A stretch of DNA of 64,000 nucleotides from Eledone cirrhosa (lineage: Eukaryota): positions 162,688,001-162,752,000 of the forward strand of contig OZ024741.1 of assembly GCA_964016885.1 (NCBI GenBank). Direction: 5' to 3'. Position numbers and translations under genes: made by a program. This document shows, piece after piece, positions 55,590 through 64,000 of this stretch. The notes under the pieces were generated by a model that did no database searches, was not told the DNA's origin, and worked only from the letters and a program-made list of their open reading frames with translations. Within the stretch, counting starts at the first letter, position 1. The number at the start of each line of letters is the position of its first letter.

Positions 55590-56100
55590 CGAAAGAGGGC
55601 TGAAAAGTTCATTGGCTAACTATGAAGCAGCGATGCTAGAGATTGTGGAATCATGCATGCATTAATTTCAACCTTTAAAAACTTTTTTTTTTATTAATAA
55701 TTGCATTGCTTCTTTCCAGGTAAACTGAGGTCTGACTGTTCAAAGAAAACTTCAAATATATCTAGTGGCATCGTAGTGTTATCAAGTACCTACAGAAAAG
55801 TGGTTTAGCCACCAAGTACATTTATGCTGATATGGTTGTTACATTAAGAGATGACGCTCCAGCTTTATCAACAGTGCAAACCTGGGCAGCAGAAGTTAGG
55901 CGAAGAAGGGTGGTCTTGAAAATGACCCAAAGTATGGACGTCTTACAACTGCCACGAGGAAAACATCGATCATGTTCATCACATAGTGATGGATGAGAGG
56001 CGACTGACTAAAAATCAAATAGTCAATGTTATAAGCATAATCCATGAAAGAGTTAAGGATATTTCGCACAATGAACTTGGCATGACGAAGTTTTCATCGC
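55590..56100 (+). mobile_element. Decayed mariner transposon 5' part
   Basis: TA-CGAAAGAGGGCTGAAAAGTTC terminus; remnant IYADMVVTLRDDAPALSTVQTWAAE..ENDP..EENIDHVHHIVMDERRLT..HNELGMTK. Confidence 0.75.
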
Positions 56101-56955
56101 CTGGATTTACTTGATTATCTCTATCCCAATATTTATTTTTGCAAGTCTGGAACTTATTTAACAAATTTACACAGTTCTCATTTGGAATGGCATGACACAT
56201 TCACTAGATCACAGAAAAACAGCTTTAAATTTTGATGCAATTATTCTTTGTATCATCAGTGATACATAATACACAGACGTCGCGGAGAACTGATACATTT
56301 CTATGCCTGACTTCGTCACCTTCCTCAACTTATCAATTTTATTTTAGTTGGAAGTTATCTCCGTTGCATTATATAGCAAGTATAAGTCTACACCATTAAA
56401 AAAAAATCGTAAACAAATCTATTTCAAAAACAACAACACTGATACTTAAAAACGGAAAATGAAGGGAAGGGCAAGGACTCTAGGGTTACAGAAGAATGAG
56501 AGAGGAGGGGGGGGGGGGGGGCGTGATGGGCTCTAGGCTTAGTAAGCAGCGGTGTGAGGCTGCGCTCCGCGGACAAGACTGCAAAGGTTTTAAGTTTTAA
56601 ACATAGTAAAGTTAATGTAAAATCTTATAGCCTACACATCCAAATCTTTTCTTATTACTTCTCAACTGGTATACTTTATTCTTTTATACTATACATTACT
56701 TGATATTTTCTGTGGGTAAAAATTTATTTTCCTACTCCCTCCCATATACGCACATATATGTACAACTTCACATTAATCAACCCGAGGCTATAGTAGAAGA
56801 CACTTTTCGAAGGAGCAGCGCAGCTTGACTGAAGCTAGAATTACGTGGTTGTGTAGAGACTGCTTTATCACACAGCCATGCTGTTAATCTTTAAATATCC
56901 TATTAAATCGATATAAGGTCCCTTAGTTCTTTAACTCGAAAATATCATTCCTCAA

Positions 56956-56989
<34 letters not shown>

Positions 56990-57010
56990 TTGAAGAATGA
57001 TATTTTCGAG

Positions 57011-57064
<54 letters not shown>

Positions 57065-57298
57065 GACGTAAAATAAGAAAATATTTTTTAAAAAAAATTT
57101 TTTCTAAAAAAAATTTTTTTACTTACTTAAATTTTCACTCCAACTAATTAGTTTCTGCAATGGGATAAAGACAGTTACGTAATCCAATATATATATATAT
57201 ATGACTAATATCTATATTTATAGCACAGTTTGAAAAGCCAGATTATACTCACACACGCTCTCTCTCTCTCTCTCCCTCTCCCCCTCTCTCCCCTCTCT

Positions 57299-57333
<35 letters not shown>

Positions 57334-58248
57334 GAAGGTGAATATCTTTCTGTAAGCTCTATGTATGTGTATGTACGCATTAGCATGTAAAATATAAAAA
57401 GTTTTAGCGAATGTAAAATGTTTTTAATAGAAGTGAAACAGCGTATCCACAGACGCGTTAAATCATAATGTAAGATCACTTCAGTAGCAAACCGTAGTCA
57501 TCGATGAGTAATGAGAGACAGACAACGGAGAGAAATGTTCTAAGTGACCAACCATAGAGCAGAAAATATACATGATGATTATATTTTGATGTAAAGAAAG
57601 TGATATAGAAGGCGAATTGGCAGAGTTGTTAGAATGTTAGCTAGTATGTTTTACGGTATTTGGTTCGACACTTTGCACACTGAGTTTAAATGTTGCCGAG
57701 GTCAACAATGATTTTCAACTTTTCCGGGTTGATAAGAAAGTACCAGTCAAATACGGGGGTTGTTTCTTCCTCTATATCTTTTTCTCAATTATCGCCATCA
57801 CACTGTTTCCTTCTCTGGAAGAATTAGGCTGTGTCCAGACATGTAAACTGGATGGGCTCCGCCAGGTTTTAAAAGAATCCAAGAAACCATATATGACCCT
57901 ACTGCGCCCCTACTCTTTAACAATTCCGCTAATCCCCTGAACATAGACATGTACGTTATTTATCGACTCCGAATTATTGAAAGACAAAGTTTACCTCAGC
58001 GGGATTTGGTCCATGACCCCATTCTTTCCCGTTTCAGCAAGAACCCAAAGATAACGAAAAGTGAATTCGCTGTAGACTACCTCGGTGATATTTGAATTCG
58101 GTATAGTAAGACACCTAATATTGAATACATTCAAATCATCAACTGAGGCTTTATTTATCTATTCGTTTATTTATTTTTATATCACAGTTTATGAACAAGA
58201 GCGCCACTGGCTGCAAACTTTCAACGGGCCAATCTGTATTTCGTTATA

Positions 58249-58759
58249 CGAGAGGGCTTCAAAAAGTTCGTGGAAAAAGTACATAGCCAAAATTCATATG
58301 CAGGGATTTTGATCTTAATACACCTGTACGCTCTCGTACTAATGTGCTATAGCATGTTCTAACACAAACACTTAAATGCTTGAACACTATGGTCTCTATT
58401 AAAACATCAGGTTCATGGTGAAGCTAGGTTGGAAGAGCAACCAAATCATTGATGCGCTGGAGCAATTTTATGGGGACAATGTCGTCCCAAATAAATCAAC
58501 AAGCTACAAATGGATAAGTCGTTTTAGAAGTGGAAGAGATGAAGTTAAAGATGATCCCCACTTGAAGATGTAAAAAAAGCTGCTTGGACATGGCTTAAAT
58601 CGCATGGGCCTCAGTTTTACACAGACGAACTTAAAGGCTGGTATCAAGGTTTGCAGAAGTGTATTGACCTAGATGGAGCATATGTTGAAAAATAAACATC
58701 ATAACTTAAACCGTTTTTTCCAACTGTCCTTTTTCCACGAACCTTTTGAAGCACCCTCG
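58249..58759 (+). mobile_element. Internally deleted mariner element
   Basis: ~28-bp TIRs CGAG(A/G)G(G/T)GCTTCAAAA(A/G)GTTCGTGGAAAA with TA flanks; N-terminal IRFMVKLGW..YKWISRFRSGR and C-terminal KCIDLDGAYVEK remnants. Confidence 0.88.
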
Positions 58760-59285
58760 TATTTGAGAAGGAAGTGTCATCGGTTATTCGGTCTCTGATC
58801 GATGTTAAAGCCTTCATTGAAGCATGCAGATTGAAAACACAGCCACACAAACACATACACATACACATGCACATACACAGACGCATGCACACAGACACAC
58901 GCACACACACACACACTCACAGACACACACACACATACACACGTAGACACACACACACGCGCGTACATGTGAAACAGGCTTTCACGTGGTTTCCCTCTAG
59001 CGAATTCCACAAAGAATATATTGGTTAATCTAAGGCTATGGTAGAAGACACTTTTCTGAAGTGCAGCGCCGCAGCTGGATTGAACCCAACAATTGACGGA
59101 CAACCTTATTACCGCAGCTGAATAATTTTCTTATAATAAAAATAATAGATTTTGTTGCATATATTTTAGTCTATATATTTCTAATGAAAATTGTTTTTCC
59201 TAGAGTTTTGTGGGTGTAAATTGATTCTTTTGTTGTTGTCTTTCATTGTCACATAATATATTAATATTATCTTTAAAGGAAAAAG

Positions 59286-59478
59286 GGCGGTGGATTGGAA
59301 GTATCGGTAGAGGGTTGGACGCCATGCTTTCCAGCATAGTTACGTCCCTTTACGATCTGAGTTCAAATCCCGCCGAGGTTGACTTTGCCTTTCATCCTTA
59401 CGGGGTCGATAAAATAAAGTATCAGTAATGTAATGCATTGGGTAATTGCTGGCCTTGTACCTAAAGTAGAAACAATTA
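59286..59478 (+). mobile_element. Young SINE, full length
   Basis: A/B boxes and central domain; ATTATCT(T/A)TAAAGGAAAA duplicated at the flanks. Confidence 0.88.
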
Positions 59479-59737
59479 TCTATAAAGGAAAACCATTACT
59501 CTAACACTAAGAATATATGTACACCATTCTTTCACTGTTCTCATACTGTTCTAATACATTTTCTTTTTTATATAAAAAAGAATAACATCAAAAAACATGC
59601 ACACACACAGGCGATTTATGAATTGGTGTATAAATATATGTTTACGATCTCATATCACTCTTTCTTACTCTCTCCCTATCATATTTTTCTCGCTCGCTCT
59701 CTCTATATATGTTTTATATGCATGTATACATAAACAC

Positions 59738-59789
<52 letters not shown>

Positions 59790-59797
<8 letters not shown>

Positions 59798-60030
59798 ATA
59801 CTTTGGGAGGGTCATGTTGCAAATAAGAAACACACGCACCAGTTGCTTTCACTTCAATTTATTATAATAAATTTATAATAAATTTATAAATTTATAAATT
59901 TATTATAATAAATTGAAGTGACAGCAACTGGTGCGTGTGTTTCTTATTGGCAACATGACCCTCCCAAAGTATAACAATATCGGTTTCAAAACACGATTTC
60001 AGATAAAGAATCTTGCTAAACAAATTCAGA
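59790..60030. repeat. Palindrome built from PLE terminal sequence
   Basis: 59790-59880 and ~59895-59980 are inverted copies; 59900-60030 is the reverse complement of 62648-62775. Confidence 0.85.
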
Positions 60031-60106
60031 AACGAAATATATATATATATATATATATATATAAGTAGAAGGGATATTTAATTTGTTGGAAATCCGACAA
60101 ACTTTG

Positions 60107-60358
60107 TATTTTATCTGAAGAAAGCGTACCAAAGTGTTTTGGTGCCCTTGAAATATATATAATTGTTTCTACTTTTGGCACCAGGCCAGCAATTATCTCA
60201 GTACATTACTGGTACTTTATTTTATCGACCCTGTAAGGATGAAAGGCAAAGATAACCTCGGCGATATTTGAACTCAGATCATAAAGGGAGGTAACTCTAT
60301 GCTTCAAAGAATGGCGCCCGACTCTCTACCAATACTGCCAATCCACCATAATAAAATA
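60107..60358 (+). ncRNA. Family B hammerhead interrupted by a SINE (60164-60347, minus strand)
   Basis: TATTTTAT CTGAAGA AAG-C-GTACCAAA-GTGT-TTTGGTGC-C-CTT GAAA TATATA TA AT[SINE, TSD ATAAT]AAAATA; downstream flank matches 1731-1772. Confidence 0.7.
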
Positions 60359-60400
60359 AATATGGTTTTATAAATATAGCTTCCATTTATTTAATATCAT

Positions 60401-60477
<77 letters not shown>

Positions 60478-60635
60478 TTGGAATAAATGCTCTGAAATAG
60501 CGATATATATGTGAATATAGACATAGAATATTCGAAAATATTCTGTATGTTTATAATAAACATTTTGAAGACCTAATCGCTATAGAATAGAATACGTCAC
60601 GTATTACAATTAGATTCTCGATAAAAGCAAGGGAA

Positions 60636-60678
60636 GTAATCTACGCGTTTCATTCTTGTTAGAAATCATCAGGACTAC
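60636..60678 (-). ncRNA. Minimal type I hammerhead ribozyme (family D), inverted copy
   Basis: Reverse complement of 60981-61023. Confidence 0.85.
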
Positions 60679-60980
60679 ATATCCAGTGCTTTTATCGAGA
60701 ATGACACAGCTAGAGACTTATAGAATACTTAGCTGTGTACAGGAATACGTGACGTATTCTATTCTATAGCGATTAGGTCTTCAAAATGTTTATTATAAAC
60801 ATACAGAATATTTTCGAATATTCTATGTCTATATTCACATATATATCGCTATTTCAGAGCATTTATTCCAATTTCTAATTTCTGCCGGACCGGCAACCGC
60901 TCTTTCAAACCAGTTCCTGTACACAGCTAAGTATTCTATAAGTCTCTAGCTGTGTCATTCTCGATAAAAGCACTGGATAT

Positions 60981-61023
60981 GTAGTCCTGATGATTTCTAA
61001 CAAGAATGAAACGCGTAGATTAC
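60981..61023 (+). ncRNA. Minimal type I hammerhead ribozyme (family D), copy 1
   Basis: GTAGTC CTGATGA T TTCT AACA AGAA T GAAA CGCG TA GATTAC; helix I is extended by ATTCTCGATAAAAGCA/TGCTTTTATCGAGAAT. Confidence 0.9.
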
Positions 61024-61290
61024 TTCCCTTGCTTTTATCGAGAATCTAATTGTAATACGTGACGTATTCTATTCTATAGCGATTAGGTCTTCAAAATGTT
61101 TATTATAAACATACAGAATATTTTCGAATATTCTATGTCTATATTCACATATATATCGCTATTTCAGAGCATTTATTCCAATTTCTAATTTCTGCCGGAC
61201 CGGCAACCGCTCTTTCAAACCAGTTCCTGTACACAGCTAAGTATTCTATAAGTCTCTAGCTGTGTCATTCTCGATAAAAGCACTGGATAT

Positions 61291-61333
61291 GTAGTCCTGA
61301 TGATTTCTAACAAGAATGAAACGCGTAGATTAC
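61291..61333 (+). ncRNA. Hammerhead family D, copy 2
   Basis: Identical to 60981-61023 (+310). Confidence 0.9.
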
Positions 61334-61600
61334 TTCCCTTGCTTTTATCGAGAATCTAATTGTAATACGTGACGTATTCTATTCTATAGCGATTAGGTCT
61401 TCAAAATGTTTATTATAAACATACAGAATATTTTCGAATATTCTATGTCTATATTCACATATATATCGCTATTTCAGAGCATTTATTCCAATTTCTAATT
61501 TCTGCCGGACCGGCAACCGCTCTTTCAAACCAGTTCCTGTACACAGCTAAGTATTCTATAAGTCTCTAGCTGTGTCATTCTCGATAAAAGCACTGGATAT

Positions 61601-61643
61601 GTAGTCCTGATGATTTCTAACAAGAATGAAACGCGTAGATTAC
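61601..61643 (+). ncRNA. Hammerhead family D, copy 3
   Basis: Identical (+620). Confidence 0.9.
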
Positions 61644-61910
61644 TTCCCTTGCTTTTATCGAGAATCTAATTGTAATACGTGACGTATTCTATTCTATAGC
61701 GATTAGGTCTTCAAAATGTTTATTATAAACATACAGAATATTTTCGAATATTCTATGTCTATATTCACATATATATCGCTATTTCAGAGCATTTATTCCA
61801 ATTTCTAATTTCTGCCGGACCGGCAACCGCTCTTTCAAACCAGTTCCTGTACACAGCTAAGTATTCTATAAGTCTCTAGCTGTGTCATTCTCGATAAAAG
61901 CACTGGATAT

Positions 61911-61953
61911 GTAGTCCTGATGATTTCTAACAAGAATGAAACGCGTAGATTAC
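61911..61953 (+). ncRNA. Hammerhead family D, copy 4
   Basis: Identical (+930). Confidence 0.9.
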
Positions 61954-62220
61954 TTCCCTTGCTTTTATCGAGAATCTAATTGTAATACGTGACGTATTCT
62001 ATTCTATAGCGATTAGGTCTTCAAAATGTTTATTATAAACATACAGAATATTTTCGAATATTCGATGTCTATATTCACATATATATCGCTATTTCAGAGC
62101 ATTTATTCCAATTTCTAATTTCTGCCGGACCGGCAACCGCTCTTTCAAACCAGTTCCTGTACACAGCTAAGTATTCTATAAGTCTCTAGCTGTGTCATTC
62201 TCGATAAAAGCACTGGATAT

Positions 62221-62263
62221 GTAGTCCTGATGATTTCTAACAAGAATGAAACGCGTAGATTAC
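62221..62263 (+). ncRNA. Hammerhead family D, copy 5
   Basis: Identical (+1240). Confidence 0.9.
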
Positions 62264-62383
62264 TTCCCTTGCTTTTATCGAGAATCTAATTGTAATACGT
62301 GACGTATTCTATTCTATAGCGATTAGGTCTTCAAAATGTTTATTATAAACATACAGAATATTTTCGAATATTCTATGTCTATA

Positions 62384-62650
<267 letters not shown>

Positions 62651-62855
62651 GAATTTGTTTAGCAAGATTCTTTATCTGAAATCGTGTGTTGAAACCGATA
62701 TTGTTATACGTTGGGAGGGTCATGTTGCCAATAAGAAACACAAGCACCAGTTGCTTTCACTTCAATTTATTATATATTTATAAATTTACAAATTTATAAA
62801 TTTATAAATCTCTGGTTGGTTGGTTGGTTCCACAACCAGATAGTTGTTTATATAT

Positions 62856-62900
62856 AGTCATAGTCCTTTCGTCACACACTCTGTGACCTCTTCAGTGACT
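62856..62900 (-). ncRNA. Minimal type I hammerhead ribozyme (family E) in the PLE 3' region
   Basis: Minus: AGTCA CTGAAGA G GTCACA GAGTG TGTGAC GAAA GGAC TA TGACT; 5-bp helix I, 6-bp helix II, one extra G after the core. Confidence 0.75.
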
Positions 62901-63201
62901 GGGGATTCCTTTCTTTGTCTCCGTGCCTCTCCTTTGTTCTGTCCTACGCCATTTTGTTTCTGTTTGTCTCCGTGCCTCTCCTTTGTTCTGTCCTACGCCA
63001 TTTTGTTTCTGTGTGTGTGTTGTGTGCTCAGTTTGCGCATGCGCCACATCCGGGTGTCTGTGTGTGTTTATTTTCATTTATCTATTTGTTTATTTATTTA
63101 TTTACATGTTATTGGTTGGTTGTTTGTTCTATGTGTGTGTGTGTTTTTATTTTGTCCTTAATTGTAAGTTGTGATGTTGCTGTTCCACTCATATTTTCTA
63201 T

Positions 63202-63999
63202 TTAATTTTGGTTGTAATTCTTTATGTTTATTGCCTCTGTAATTTGTCTAAACATTGCATCTTTTCTGTGTGTAGATTCTATTTTTATTTCTATGTTCTC
63301 TAATTTACCCTTGTGTTCTATCTTAGCATGTTGGTAGAGTACAGATGATTCTTTATTATCTTGAAGGTCTCGCCAGTGTTCATTTATCCGTTCCCCTATA
63401 CTACGAGCTGTCTCACCTATGTACACTATATTTTTGTTTCTACATTGTCCTTCAGTACATCTTATGCTATACACTACATTTCTAGTTTTACAGTTAATAT
63501 GGGGGCTTATTTTACAGGTTATACATTTCTTATCTATACATGAGTGTCTTTGGAAAGGGTATGTCTTGCTAATAAGTGTTTTTACGGAGGTACCTGGTCT
63601 TTCTACTATCTTAATATTGAGTTTATGTTTATTTAGGGTCCTTCTAAATTTGTAGGCTAGTTCGCCTCTAGGGGTTGTATCGATGAACATTACACTCTGG
63701 TATTTATTGCTATCATACCATGAGTTTATTCTATTAGCCTTGTTCCTAGTTCTTTCTATTCTATTCCAAAATTTGCTCCTATACAAGGGGCAGGTCCCAT
63801 TTATGTCATTATTTACCATTTTTTCCCATTTGGTTCTGGCTCCTCTATACACTCTGATTCTATCTCTCTGATTGTAGCCAGAGAACTGAATACGGTGGAT
63901 GAAGTGTTGAATGTGTCTCTCTAGTTCTTCGGGGTTGCACATGCGGGACACATTTCTCATCACCCGTACCAAATCCGCAATCAGTATGTTGATTTTGGT
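63202..63999 (-). CDS. PLE RT C-terminus, Cys-rich linker and GIY-YIG endonuclease (partial, 5' end outside the window)
   Basis: FSGY..PLYRSKFW; CIDKKCITC..NCKTRNVVYSIRC; VYIGETARSIGERINEH; LYQHAKIEH; RQITEAINI. The frame is open to the window edge, with a probable 1-bp frameshift at the extreme C-terminus. Confidence 0.88.
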   Translation of the reverse strand, partial: TKINILIADLVRVMRNVSRMCNPEELERHIQHFIHRIQFSGYNQRDRIRVYRGARTKWEKMVNNDINGTCPLYRSKFWNRIERTRNKANRINSWYDSNKYQSVMFIDTTPRGELAYKFRRTLNKHKLNIKIVERPGTSVKTLISKTYPFQRHSCIDKKCITCKISPHINCKTRNVVYSIRCTEGQCRNKNIVYIGETARSIGERINEHWRDLQDNKESSVLYQHAKIEHKGKLENIEIKIESTHRKDAMFRQITEAINIKNYNQN

Positions 64000-64000
64000 A

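Noticed and set aside
63202-63999. Selenoprotein-encoding Naiad-type PLE
   Set aside because: The endonuclease is C-terminal rather than N-terminal, the linker cysteines checked are TGT codons, and there is no in-frame TGA in the visible ORF.

Overview
AT-rich eukaryotic intronic or intergenic DNA. The SINE/LINE repertoire and microsatellite load suggest an octopod cephalopod (inference). No intact host gene is recognisable, and most of the supplied ORFs are microsatellite artefacts. The window is a mosaic of decayed transposons: RTE, CR1, Tx1/L1, CRE and R4/Dong-like LINEs; tRNA-derived SINEs; mariner/maT, Helitron and hAT-like elements; a 5.4-kb 49/52-bp satellite; and the 3' end of a GIY-YIG Penelope-like element (PLE). 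The main unexplained signal is a set of unrelated non-coding elements sitting in (TA)n tracts with tandem plus inverted geometry, each carrying a minimal type I hammerhead ribozyme (HHR) motif. The clearest case is an almost perfect 310-bp tandem array (60471-62388) with six HHR copies next to the PLE, which has its own HHR. This looks like a PLE-dependent retrozyme (circular RNA) system. All folds were read by eye and none was computed or tested.
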